A stretch of DNA of 64,000 nt from Tubiluchus corallicola (GCA_030141605.1 JAQGDQ010000456.1:120919-184918); one strand, 5' to 3'. Positions 42,224 to 63,044 are shown, counted from the first letter of the stretch. The notes: generated by a model not told the origin, from the letters alone. Made by a program: numbers and translations.

Positions 42224-44274
42224 CTAAAGTCGAAAGTTTGAGTCATTGGTCAAAACAAGAATCAATGCTATGGAGTTGAGAGGAAATTCATTGTTTCCAT
42301 GGAAAGATCACAAATATGAAAGTGTATGCGACTGTAATGATTAGCAGGATGACAGAGGCAAAGAAATAACAAAATCAAAGGCTAAAAAGCTACAACGAAA
42401 CAATGCAAAAGAACTTCCTGAGCGACCTAATAAAAAGAAGAAAAGCTAATGGTACTCAAGTACTAGTGGATCAGTCATTGCTATAGTTATTTTAGTTACT
42501 ATACTTTACTATACTAAGTTAGTGTTAGTAATAGTAACTAAATAATTTATTTGCAAATTATTACAAATCGCCAAATGACAGACATTTCGGCAATCTCTAG
42601 TGTGACAAAAGAGGCAACGCCATTCATCCTAATCTCAAGTTGTCAAACCTTTAATGTAAGCAGCATGGAAGTGCATTATACGTGGAACCCTAGTTAATTA
42701 CGTGACTTACCTACCCGTTTTATCACTACATGCTATTTTTCCTAAGCAACAAGCAGCGAACACTGACAATAATTTTGTTCCAACTAATAATGTCCGTGTA
42801 TCACGGTTACTTCTCATAACACGATTATGAAATTTCTCGAGACAACTTCAATTACCGTCAACTTACAAAATTTCCACCAATTCGCTGCTAGCAATACAGG
42901 AAATCAATAGCAGGAATAATCATGGTTAAATCGCTTTTCCGTAGCAACTTACACGACGCTGTGCTCTTATCGTTTTCTGTCAAGGGAAAACTGGCATGCG
43001 CGATCTGAACTGGCTGGTCAGTTACAACAGAATTTAGAACTGTCACGATTGCTATGAAACATGGTAGTCGAATTAGTGCCGTCCAGCGGTCATGGAGTTT
43101 GCCTTGTCATCAGAACGTCCTTATTTCAAACCTGACTACGTCCAATCTTTTTCGTTATTTGTTGCTTGGTTTCAAAATTTTGATATTAGTGGGTTTGCAC
43201 CATCATTATTAATAATTTTCATGTTAAATTTATAAATAAGTAATTAGCTATACACAGGAATGTCTGGCTCAAAGTTAATTAAAATTTTTAAACATCATCT
43301 AATTATTCTTCTTTTTAACATTGTGTGCCATAACTCAGATTTCTAACACATGTTTGCACAAAAAATTTGCCTTTAAGCAGAAATAAATTGACGAACTACA
43401 CTAACTAATTAGTTAAAATCACTCTTGCCTTAGCAATCTATAACATCGAAGTGCCAAACCAGCTGTTAAGGAAGCTGCCATGATTGGTAAAGATGATAGT
43501 ATTCTAGGAGCCGTAACTGTGGAAGTCTGTTGCACACTCAAGGTCCCTGTCTCATGATTATGAAATCTTTTTGCAGTTCTAGATTCTCAAGTTTAGTATA
43601 AAAATTCAATTAATTACCGTTAACCACCATCGTCTTATTAAGATTAAGTGAATAATAATTACTTAGACAATTTCGGTCTCAATATTAATCAAAATCAAAA
43701 AATTGTCTGAATGCATGTAATTAGAATCATTTTAGCATGACTGAGCGACATAGCTTTGAAAACGGTGAACTGGTTGATCAGTAAGCCTATAAAGCTTATG
43801 TGTCTTAATCGTTTCAAAGCATGATAAACCAATGGGGGCGTCTGCCTTGTACGTAGAAGGTCGTCGGTTCAAACCCAGTACGTGTTCCAACTTTTTCACA
43901 ATCCTGTTTTTTAAATTTGGATAAACATGATAATTATAAAGTATTATTTTGTAAACTCGACTGCTGCGGTTTTTAGTTGTCATTTTACAGAGCAGCAAAT
44001 TCACGTGGAAAGTGTTGAGTGACTTTCTGATTGTGATGAAATCGGTTTTGTCATAATTCAAGATGGAAGCATTGAATTCTATTTCGCAGTTCAGAATTAC
44101 AAAAGAATTTTTTCACAATTTTGACTAAATCTATTACAGAACATGCAAAACAATCAAAGTGTTTCCTGTTTACAACAAATAATAGTTAGAAGACATTTTT
44201 ACATGCAACAGATGTAATCTTGGTACTCGTTGCTTACAAGTCTGCTCAGTTATTCTAAAGATCGCCGAATCAGC

Positions 44275-44380
44275 ATGTCCTCGTCTAGTCTGGTTAGTAG
44301 AAGTAATTAACTTAAAACGGATTACACAGTGTGGCAAATAATAACAATTGGTATTTTTATTACATATTTTGTAAAAATGT

Positions 44381-44469
<89 letters not shown>

Positions 44470-47400
44470 CAATAATAATAATAATAATGATGATGGTGAT
44501 GATGATGATGATAATAATAATAATAATAATCTTTTATTTAAAGTCGGTTTTTGATTGAACAATTAACATCAGCTCGAATAGCTTTTATCGCCGACTGTAA
44601 ATAACAACCTACAACTACATAACACAGACTATTATTACCCCACTTTTACCCTAAATACCACGCGCCTGGCAGGGCAACAGCAGATACCATTTTTAAAGTA
44701 TTTGGTATCACCCGGCCGCTGTATCGAACTCACGACCTCCCAGATGGAAAGCGGGCTCGTTATCACTAGACTAAATCGTTTGCTCAATTTATAAAAATTG
44801 CTGTTCTTTCTTGCAGTTAGAAGATCGAAGTGAAGAGAGCATTCGCCCAAGAACCAGTGATGAAAGAACGGTATGGTTTAGATTTAAAGGAAAACCAGAT
44901 GATTGTGTAAATACGAGCTCAGAATAAAGAAATGCTGTAAAACATTGAAAACTACAATCGCTTTTTGTTAAATCGAAGCTTAGATTAAATAATAATTACC
45001 TCGGATAATTCAAATTTCGTTAAACTTTCAAAGCTACGCGCGGCTCAGTGAATCAACTAAGACTGGCAACGGCGCCTTTTTGTCACGTTCGCCTGGCCGA
45101 TGAATAGAAGGTGGTACAGTGATATACATTATCATCAACTGCAGTGTTAGTTTCTGTCGTCATATGACGTTGAGCCCATTTTGTGACATCACGCGTTTAA
45201 ACATAAACACTCACGCTAACGTGTTTGGCCCGCAAAGGGAGTTGCCTACCATTGCACAAACTGTAGATAGTTTCTGGCGTAAGCGATAGCTGTGTTCGGT
45301 TGCCGTTAAGTAAATTTCTATGCTAATTACTCAAATGTAAGAAACACTTGGTAACCCTTATAGCAAGAAAATGTATATTTTGCACAGTAAATTAAAATGA
45401 GATTGAGTCTAAAACATTGACCGGATTTCCTTTAAATTTCTATAACGTATCGAGTGAAAAGCCTTTTTGCAGAGCAGGCAACTAATTTTTCACATAATTA
45501 TTGACGATCTGTCAGTCTGCCATCACAGGCAACGTGCTCTGATCGAGTTTGCTTAGTAGAAAAAATAACAATAATTTAAAAGAAATTGCTGTTTCATGGC
45601 GCCATTTTGATTGTTTAAATGTTTTTTTTTGTTTCAGACAATTCCAGAATCAAGTCGTGAGAATGTGCTATCAGAATACAGCGAGAGAAGTGTGAGTTTT
45701 GAAATTTCACTAATGTAACTAGTAAAATATTGTTTCTGACCGCTAATGCAAGCAAAAAATACTAGAAAATACTGGAGCGTGTCTCTCTCGACACCTGATC
45801 AAGCTTGCATAAAAAATCAATTTAAAAAGAATTGTTGTTTCATATCATTAATTGGATTTCTTGTATGCATTTTTTTAACTTTTTATTTCTGTTTCAGACT
45901 TTACCAGAATCAAGTCGTGAGAATGTACGTTCAGAATACAGCGAGAGGAGTGTAAGTTTTGAAATTTCTGTAGTGTAACAAGTGAAACGTCCCTTATGAC
46001 GAACGTTGTGAAAATACTAGAAAATTATACTGGGGCTAATTTCTTGATCCCTTTATCAAGCCTGCTTAGCAGAAAAAGTAGTTTATTTCAAATTAATTAT
46101 TGTTTCATAGCGCTAATTGGATTTCATGGGGGGGGGGGGAGTTTACATTTATCTACGCAATTTAAATATCCTAGCTCTAACCCTAACCCCAATCTCAACC
46201 CTAATCCTACTTTTAACCCTAACCCTAACCCCAATCTCAACCCTAATCCTACTTTTAACCCTAACCCTAACCCCAATCTCAACCCTAATCCTACTTTTAC
46301 CCCTAACCCTAACCCCAATCTCAACCCTAATCCTATTTTTAACCCTAACCCAACCCCAATCTCAACCCTAATCCTACTTTTACCCCTAACCCTAACCCCA
46401 ATCTCAACCCTAATCCTATTTTTAACCCTAACCCAACCCCAATCTCAACCCTAATCCTATTTTTAACCCTAACCCTAACCCCAATCTCAACCCCAATCCT
46501 ATTTTTAACCCTAACCCCAATCTCAACCCTAATCCTACTTTTACCCCTAACCCTAACCCCAATCTCAACCCTAATCCTATTTTTAACCCTAACCCAACCC
46601 CAATCTCAACCCTAATCCTATTTTTAACCCTAACCCTGACCCCAATCTCAACCCCAATCCTATTTTTAACCCTAACCCTGACCCCAATCTCAACCCTAAT
46701 CCTATTTTTAACCCTAACCCTGACCCCAATCTCAACCCTAATCCTATTTTTAACCCTAACCCTAACCCCAATCTCAACCCTAATGCTATTTTTAACCCTA
46801 ACCCTAACCCGCTTAAGGAACATGGGGGAAATTTAGCCCTCTACTTTGCATTTTCTAAATTAAATCATTTTTTCCTCAGAGCATACCAGAATCAAGTCGA
46901 GAGAATGTACGTTCAGCATACAGTGACGAAACCCGAGGTCAAACGGTAAGCTTGTTAATTTGAAACTTTTTTGCGTATCAATGAAAAGTCCCTTCTGATG
47001 AGCGTTGAGATAGCTGATGTAGGTAGATGAGAGATGAGGTATACGCAACCATGTGTATTAAAGCACTTCTGCTGCTCACGATCCCTTAGTCGCCATCTAG
47101 ACTTTACTGCTCAGAACTGGGATCCAGCATGGTAGAGTGAAAAACATGACTTAAAGGAAACGTCAAGTCTTCTGGGACTTGAAGGAAAAGGTCAAGTCTC
47201 CTAGAAATTTGGGCTTGCTTCAGTGTTTGCGAAAAATGTTAGAAGAATTCAGTAACACGTGTGCAATAAATTATACTCGTGTAATTATAAAAATCAATTT
47301 AAAGATACGAGATTTCACACTTGGGCGTTCCGATTTTGAACATCCATTGTTCCACCAATGACGTCATTCACCGGATAGAGAAAAGCAGTGCACTGCCAGC

Positions 47401-48540
47401 TTCATTCAACACAGTATAAATAAAAATTATGTCTTTACAAAAAATTAAATAGCTAATTTTGTGATATTTTTGCATGAACGTTAGGACAGATGCAAACGTT
47501 CGAATTAGTTTCACTGGCGTGCGCTTACGGAAAGTCACGATGCGCTTACGAAAAGTTACGAAATTTACTTAACTCGCCAAATAACTCGGAAGCGTGTTCA
47601 GACCAGAGAGTTACACTTGCTGCTAGTTATTCTCCAACAGCAAGCACGATCTGACACTCACTGCAACTAACTTACTATTGCGTTCACACTATATAGTAAC
47701 TCAAAACACCTCTCAGCAACTGACGGAGTTTGCAATTTCTTGTTGGCAGTAACTCGCAAAACAGTTCACACACGAATGTTTCGCTACCCTTGTAAACCCT
47801 ACAGCAAAATTTTGTCTACCCTCCATTGTAAGTTTGTAAGATTTGACATGCACTATATTATTTTATAGCAAAGTGAAGACACTATGGATTCTAGAAGTTC
47901 CAAACCCAAAATAAGAGAGAAGAGAGCATCTCGTTTTCAAAAAAGCTTCTCCAGAAACGTCAGTTGGCAAACCATGGGAGTAAGTCTAAACAACGTTCTC
48001 TTATCTGTAGATAAATAAATTTTCATGTTTTTGTGAATTATGAATTTATTCCACAGCAACTCATACATACATATAAATTGATATTACATTGAAAAAAAGT
48101 AAATAAACTATGCGAGTTACTGTGAGGAGGAGGAAGGAGCATTGAGCTTTTGAGTCCTCCTCCAGATAAGTGAAACAATTGACAATTAACATTACATTTT
48201 CATCAGTTATAACGTCGAATTTAACTGATCGTCTTAAATGGATCAAATCGTCAACATCCCGTTAAAAAATTTATCCCGATCCCGAATCTTCTAAGATCAC
48301 TTACAGGAAGTGGTCGTTACGAGTTCCCGTAGTGGTCATTCTGGCCCTGCGACTGTCACGGAAGTCCGCGACGGGTACGGCATTATCTGCCTAGTGTAGA
48401 CGAGGCTTTAGATCACTAGTTTAAACACTGGTCGCGTTTTCAAATCTGTTTCTCAATCAAATTTTATTCAACTTCAGACAGGAGGCGACAGATCACCGTC
48501 AATCGATTTAAGAGGAATGGAGCAGGGAAGGAGAAAGACG
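44275..48540 (+). CDS. predicted N-terminal exons of the ninjurin gene: 44275-44292, 44817-44870, 45638-45691, 45898-45951, 46880-46945, 47869-47979, 48478-48540
   Basis: Each internal exon has a pyrimidine-rich yAG acceptor and a GT donor, is a multiple of 3, is phase 0 and is stop-free: MSSSSL / [18 protein letters not shown] / [18 protein letters not shown] / [18 protein letters not shown] / [22 protein letters not shown] / [37 protein letters not shown] / [21 protein letters not shown]. The first exon is the least certain. Confidence 0.65.
44383..44782 (-). mobile_element. tRNA-headed SINE, copy C, with an expanded (ATT)n tail
   Basis: Reverse complement of copies A/B and more diverged; tail appears as (aat)n at 44383-44530. 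Confidence 0.85.
44888..45431. mobile_element. Kolobok-like MITE (544 bp)
   Basis: TTAA|aggaaaacc ... ccggatttcct|TTAA; colinear with 27142-27685. Confidence 0.75.
46176..46810. repeat. interstitial telomere-like array, 42-bp higher-order unit of CCCTAA-variant hexamers
   Basis: aaccct aaccct aacccc aatctc aaccct aatcct a(c/t)tttt repeated about 15 times. Confidence 0.9.
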
Positions 48541-48869
48541 GTAAGCCCTATTTTCAATGGTTTTAGACTAGGCTTGATTTGAATAGAAATGACCAGGACT
48601 TGACATGACTCATCTGGACTGGATTACGCGCTGGACTGGACTGGTCTAGCAGCATCCACTGATTCTACTCTGGACTAGTGTGGGCGGGGCTTTACTAAAA
48701 TTGTAGTTCTACGATAGACAAGGCCAGGCCAGACCAATAAGAGCGCAAATGATTGTACTGGGACCTGAACATAAATATTTTAAAATAATTATGCGATTGT
48801 TTAATATATCATAGTTATCAGAAAAGTGTACATCTGCCTGCATCACGGACTCATCTCTTCTTGTTGCAG

Positions 48870-50084
48870 ATGAGTTTTCAGCAAGATTTTGATGTGAATC
48901 AATACATCACAAAGAAAACTGTAACTTGTGGAATGATGGATGTGGCACTGATGATGTCAAATGCAGCACAATTAAAAGTAAATAATTAACTTAATTAACT
49001 ATGAAATACTTATGCTAATATAATGATGTTGTAAAGAAAGATGGAATAATCATGACTTGACTGAACCTGGATTTGAACCCAGACCTTTGCATTCAAAGTG
49101 AATCCACTATAGACTTTTAGTCGTCTGCTTATTTGTGTTATAGTTTAATTCAATTGTACTGAGATTGAATTTAACTTCTGTGGCCGTTACGCTAGTTTAA
49201 TCATCGTTGTCGTCAGCGTTATCATCAGTAACAGCTGCTGCTGTTGCTGCAGCAGGAGCAAAATCATCATCAACAACAACAACATCATCATCAAAAACAA
49301 CAACAACAACATTATCATCAACAACAACAACAACAACATTATCATCAACAACAACAACAACAACAACAAGAATAAGAGCAGTAGAAACAGCAGAATGAAG
49401 ATGACAAAAACACAGCAGAGTTTGTTTACTGTATTCATTGGGAACAACAAAGATGTAGTTTATGAGTTAGTGATATCGGTACCCCTTTACGAAAACCAAA
49501 TGAAACTTCTTGAAACTGTTATTACATATATTATATTTCAAGTAGTAATGTTCACAAAGATATGGTGATTATTGAAAACAGAATGTTGCCTTTGTCTGTG
49601 TTTTATCCAGTGGTGGTTGTTCACTACGTGTACGCGACTACAGTATCAATAAATCTAACAGCAAGTTTTTTTCATTTAGAAAAATGAATTTTTCATTTTA
49701 CAGTTTAGTGTTGTTTTTATTCTGAATTACACACATCTGGGTACCGTAATCTTTTCAGTACTTAGGGCCTCTTGAGGTTTTAATCTGGCACTGCAAATAT
49801 CAGTTGATTTTTTTTTATTTCAGACGTTGGTAGAAGTTGGAACAGAAAATCCTACCTACTACTTACTGTTGAGCCTTGTACTGGCCTCCATTGCACTGCA
49901 AATTGGCGTAGGACTAATATTTATGATGACAGGGAAAACTTCCATAACAAGACAGGATAAACAGTTACAGCGTAACAAGTGGAACAACGCAGCGACAATG
50001 GGAGTATTCTTTATAACCGTCATCAACATCTTGACTAATACTTTCGGCATTTCTTCGAGCCCCCCTGTTCCGCCAAGTCATTAG
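48870..50084 (+). CDS. NINJ: ninjurin family protein, conserved core; exons 48870-48977 and 49824-50084
   Basis: DVNQYITKKTVTCGMMDVALMMSNAAQLK|TLVEVG...LLSLVLASIALQIGVGLIF...NKWNNAATMGVFFITVINILTNTFG matches the ninjurin signature (Y..KK..A..MLDIALL.ANA.QLK; SI.LQ..VG; LNN.AT..VF.I.V.N). The intron is phase 0 with canonical gt..ag ends. Confidence 0.93.
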
Positions 50085-51337
50085 AATTGTCACTTAGAAA
50101 CAAAGGAAATGTTTTAATCGCCCGCTGTCTTGTTTCCGGTGGTCCAGCATAAGCTTACAGACTTAGCAAAAAATAAACAAAAATTCATAAATTTGCGAGT
50201 TGCTTTAAATACTGTCGAATTCTACTAAACCTTCGCCTAGGGCATCATTAAATTTCACTATTTTACTGTGTCGTCTTAAAATTACATATCTGTCAGTGAC
50301 AACAGCTCTTTGTAGTTATACATACTGCTCGCCAGCAACAGTTATTCAATAAATCCATATTTTCACAATCTACGTTTTTGTTTAATTTGATTTCTACAGA
50401 ATTATTATTAAATTAGGTGTTTTGCAAATTATAAATCTACTTACTAAGCCGTTTAGTTGAGAAAGAATTACTCAAACGGAAAGCTATTGCTGTCTACTAG
50501 TTGCAACAATATGGCTGCCTCAGGTGCACGCACCTTCTGGCTGCCAGTTGCAGAAATTTTAAATAAGTCAACTCAGCATTCAAACTCTACAAAACTTCAT
50601 TAATTATTATTACAAAACCTCATCTTTACTATTGTCATACTTCAATCACATTACTAAGAAACACAATTTGTTTCATTCTCACCAATTTTTTGAAGTAGGT
50701 TTTCATGTATAATAGCAATGCTGGTTGGAATAAATCTCACATCACTTTATCAATGCTGGCATTATTACAATAATTAGCATGCAGCAACTTAAATAGAGTA
50801 TTACTGTAATCAATAACTTATGCTGCTACATCCGACTACACATTACACAATGTACAATTAAGCCTAGACATTAGATTAAAGCTAGACTCTGATTCTTAAG
50901 CTAAATACTCGACAACATAAGAATATTCTCACATCAGGTGAGATGATAAAGATATAATCGAATAAGGATGAAACTTTCACAGACTTTTACAAGAAGGATG
51001 CATCATCTTCCTTGGGAATTACCTTAAAATTCATTTCATTAAAATTTTTTGATTAGTGCCTTCTTGAAAAATATGCTTAACTTAAGTGCGTTAACTTGAT
51101 AAAACCAATTCAGAATTTATGATCATAAGCTGATTAAAGTTTGATGATAAGTCTGATTATGATGATAAGCTGATAAGCTGATCATGAGCATCATGGTTTT
51201 GCAACTGTTTTAAATAAAGTGGCGCCAAGTCACACCCTTGGGGAACACCATTATAGTTATCAATAGTCTGTCTATCAAAGTCTAACAAGCAGCTGCCTGA
51301 GTATTGATATTAGTGGTTAAAAACTACCACACAACAA

Positions 51338-54403
<3,066 letters not shown>

Positions 54404-54550
54404 GTTTACTCCACGCTAGCCACTGGTTTAATAAATTCAAAAATGAGATGTCAGAAATGCTGGGATAAATACCACGCCTCTAAGCGGCCTTGGCTCTCAA
54501 TGCTATGAGATTTTTCCGCCTGAGTAACTGTTAGTATAGAATACGCGGTA

Positions 54551-54737
54551 GGGCGGATCCATTCCTGATTATTGATCATTGAATATAATGTTGGAGTCGG
54601 GATTGTAAACTCAATTATCTATGAGTCAGAATGTCCCAAGTGGTTGGCTTAATTACCGGCACGGGCTCCCTGAGTGGGTCTCTTATTGGCGTTTTATTGA
54701 CAGAGTGTTTGACTGATTGATTTGGTGACGTCACGTG
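54551..54737. promoter_or_regulatory. candidate upstream regulatory region of the LRR gene
   Basis: GC box gggcgg at 54551, AP-1 TGAGTCA at 54622-54628, CCAAT on the minus strand at ~54685, and overlapping CRE/E-box TGACGTCACGTG at 54726-54737, all within 350 bp of the ATG. Confidence 0.35.
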
Positions 54738-55067
54738 TTCTGGCGCCGCCTGGAGGCAGGTCAACAGAGCATTTAACTTTTAAACGTTTCTTGCATCGTC
54801 TAGCAAGCGCACGCTCGGAGGCATAACCAGGAGCAGCAACAGCAAGAATGTTTACAAGTGCAAAGCAAATAATAGAGACTTTTTACAATGGAACTAAACT
54901 TCTTTATAGAAAGTTCAACTTTTGGTCACCATGCGGCGTTGATCTGAAGCGAGTTCTACTTTCTGAGACAAGAAATGTTGCACGCCCCCCTCCTCCCGTT
55001 TTGGTTCTGGTCTCATGATTGGAAGCAATACTGCAGAGCATAATATGGGATTTAGTATCGATTCATT

Positions 55068-55826
55068 AGATCATTCCAGAGCGCAGATTCATGAGGACTG
55101 CTGGGAATTCTTAGAAGCCTGGAGTGTGTAATACTGATGTTTAGACTGGCAATGTGGGAAATCATTGATGGCATTCCAGGGTGCAGATTCATGAGGACTG
55201 CTGGGAATTCTTAGAAGCCTGGAGTGTGTAATACTGATGTTTAGACTAGCAATGTGGGAAATCATTGATGTTATTCCAGAGTGCAGATTCATGAGGTCTG
55301 CTGGGAATTCTTAGAAGTCTGGAGTTTGTATTACTGATGTTTAGACTGGCAATGTGGGAAATCATTGATGGCATTCCAGAGCGCAGATTCATGAGGACTG
55401 CTGGGAATTCTTAGAAGCCTGGAGTGTGTAATACTGATGTTTAGACTGGCAATGTGGGAAATCATTGATGGCATTCCAGAGCGCAGATTCATGAGGACTG
55501 CTGGGAATTCTTAGAAGCCTGGAGTTTGTAATACTGATGTTTAAACTAGCAATGTGGGAAATCATTGATGGCATTCCAGAGTGCAGTTTCATGAAGACTG
55601 CTGGGAATTCTTAGAAGCCTGGAGTTTGTAATACTGATGTTTAGACTAGCAATGTGGGAAATCATTGATGTCATTCCAGAGGGCAGATTCATGAAAGTTG
55701 CTGGGAATTCTTAGAAGTCTGGAGTTTGTATTACTGATGTTTAAACTAGCAATGTGGGAAATCATTGATGTCATTCCAGAGCGCAGATTCATGAAGACTG
55801 CTGGGAATTCTTAGAAGTCTGGAGTG
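55068..55826. repeat. 100-bp satellite, ~7.5 copies
   Basis: Unit cattccagagcgcagattcatgaggactgctgggaattcttagaagcctggagt(g/t)tgtaatactgatgtttagact(g/a)gcaatgtgggaaatcattgatg(g/t). Confidence 0.95.
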
Positions 55827-56568
55827 TATCATCATCATCATATGCCCGTCACATCTATTGTAGACATTGGGCAGACAGAATTCTAAAATAAGAGATCTGC
55901 CTTCAGACAGGTAAATGCAGGTAAAAAAAACTAGACACTGTTACGCCAGTGGCTTGTCAGCACCACTTCCGTTAAAGATTTCCCATATTCCAAGTGCAAA
56001 CATCAGCTGTCATTTCCGCATTCATTCATTCTGTGCTTCTGAAGACTCCCGGCATTTCACCTGCACTCTAGAATGAAGTCAAAGATTTCTCCCATTTCTA
56101 GTCTAAACATTTCTTAGTCTAAACTAAGAACTCATGTATTAAAGATTCCACTCATTGAAAGTCGAAACATCAGCAGTTTTTCATCATTATTCACTTCTGG
56201 TGATGTGCTTTTTGCCAAAATAAACCCGGATTGCATTAGTTTGCAAATTCTACACCTACATTTTACCTTTTTTTGTCACACGTTTCTTTTTCTTCTTCAT
56301 CAATTCCTCGCTCTGTCTCTTGTAGACAGTGTGGCACTACCGGTCATTAATGTACTCCCACTCACTCGTATATGCAGCTAAAGTTAGATTTGACTGAACT
56401 TGTTGAACATATTTATTTATATTAGCTGTCCAGTTTGTTTTTGAGTCGTAAGGTGGTTTTTTGCAAGGCTTTATGGCTTCCTTTAAGGCGATTCTTACTG
56501 GTGTTTCGTTTACTTATCTGTTGTGTCCTAAGCATCTAAAAACTTCGGTGAAAGCTTCACTTTTGAAC

Positions 56569-56569
<1 letters not shown>

Positions 56570-56638
<69 letters not shown>

Positions 56639-56872
56639 GATTGCTCTCTCTCTCTCTGCCTCTCTCTCTCTTTTTCTCTCTCTCTCTCTTACTCTCTTTC
56701 TCTCTCTCTTCCTCTCTCTCTCCCTCTTTTTCGCTCCCTCTCTTGCTTACTCTCTCTCTCCCTCCCTCTCTCTCTCTTTCTCTCTCTATCTCTCTTGCTC
56801 TTTCTCTCTTTCTCCCTCTTTTTGGCTCTCTCTCTTGCTTTCTCCATACTCTCTCTTTCTCTATACCTCCCT

Positions 56873-56913
<41 letters not shown>

Positions 56914-57140
56914 TGTTCTCTCTCTCTCCCTCCTTTTCTCTCTTCTCTCTCTCACTTTCTCTCTTGCTCTCTCTCTCTCTTGCTTTCTCTCTCCTCTCTC
57001 GTTCTCTCTCTCTCCCTCTCTCACTCGCTCTCTCTCCCTTGCTCTCTGTCTCTCTTTCTCTTTCTCTCTCCCGCACCTTTGCTCTCTTTCTCTGTCTGCC
57101 TCTCTTTCTCTTTCTCTTGCTCTCTTTCTCTCTCTCCTCT
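56570..57140. repeat. (AAT)n followed by a degenerate (CT)n tract
   Basis: Visible low-complexity runs. Confidence 0.95.
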
Positions 57141-58649
57141 CACAAGACCATAGATACAATAAACTGAACAACAAGACCATAGATACAATAACTATCTTTG
57201 AGAGGTTATACATTGAGCATCAGACCTGCACTACCTAGGAATCCTATCAGTCGTAACTGAAGTAAAAACATCTTCCAGACGACATAGACTGGATTCATGT
57301 ATTAAATTTTTAAACTGAATAAAAAGGGTTTCCCGAAAAAAGCGGGAAGAAAAGTCAAAAAGAAATTTCTGAAGTAAATCAGTCAAGAAGTAGAGCGTAA
57401 TGGTGAATGAAAATTAATAGTAAACAGTCATGGAAAACGTGTCATTTATACCTTTTAATAAAATGTATAAATCAATTAAAATAAAATTATTCATTCATCG
57501 CAGCCGATATCTGTATCTGTTGCCACTTGGAAAACAAGTCCTTGAATACTCTTAGCATGCCGTGAATAACAAGGATGTAGTTTATGATTTAATAATATCG
57601 GTACCCTTTACAAAAACCAAATGAAACTTCTTGAAACTGTTGACCTTTCTACCAGTTAAGATTACAAATGGCAAACTATGTGGACACATGAGTATAATTG
57701 ATGTTTCGTGGGTGCCACACACTTGCAACCTGCAAATTAACAACACACTACCTCGATGTCCCAATGCACCACTGCATCCTCGTAATGCCGTAATCTCAAA
57801 TCTGACAACAAAGAGATGTCATAGCAAGAGCAGTAAATCTCTAACCCTGAATTAATTATTAAACAAAATAAACTCGTTTTTAGGGCCTCAGGAGAAAAGG
57901 CCCGCACATTTTTCCAAATCGGATAATTGCCCAAAAATAAAGTAATTATAGTTGAATACATGTAGCAGTTTCTGTGTTTTTTTAGATAATTATAATTATT
58001 GTATATATATATTATATATATATTTCAAGTAGTAATGTTTACAAAGATATGGTGATAATTGAAAACAGAATGTTGCCTTTGTCTGTGTTTTATCCGGTAG
58101 TGGTTTACTATGTGTACGTGACTACAGTATCAATAAATCTAACAGCAAGTTTTTTTTCATTTCGAAAATACACTTCATTAATTATTATTATTACAAAACA
58201 CCATCTTTACTATTTTCATTACATTACAACTTCAATTACATTACACAATGTACAATTAGGCCTAGACATTAGATTAAAGCTAGACTCTGATTCTTAAGCT
58301 AAATACTCGATGACATCAAGTGAGATGATAAAGATATAATCGAATAAGGATGAAACTTGGGAATTACCTTAAAAATTCATTTCATTAAAATTTTTTGATT
58401 AATGCCTTCTTGAAAAATATGCTTAACTTTTGTGCCTCAACTTGATAAAAACCAATTCAAAATTTATGATCATAAGCTGATTAAAGTTTATAAACATGAG
58501 CATCGTGATTTTGCAACTGTTTTAAATAAAGTGGAGCCACGTCACACCCTTGGGGAACACCATTAAAGTTATCAATAGTCTGTCCATCAAAGTCTAACAA
58601 GCAGCTGCCTGAGTATTGATATTAGTGGTTAAAAACTACCACACAACAA

Positions 58650-63044
<4,395 letters not shown>

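Noticed and set aside
46176-46810. Chromosome end or telomere fusion site
   Set aside because: Degenerate repeats in one orientation only, intronic, with no head-to-head junction.
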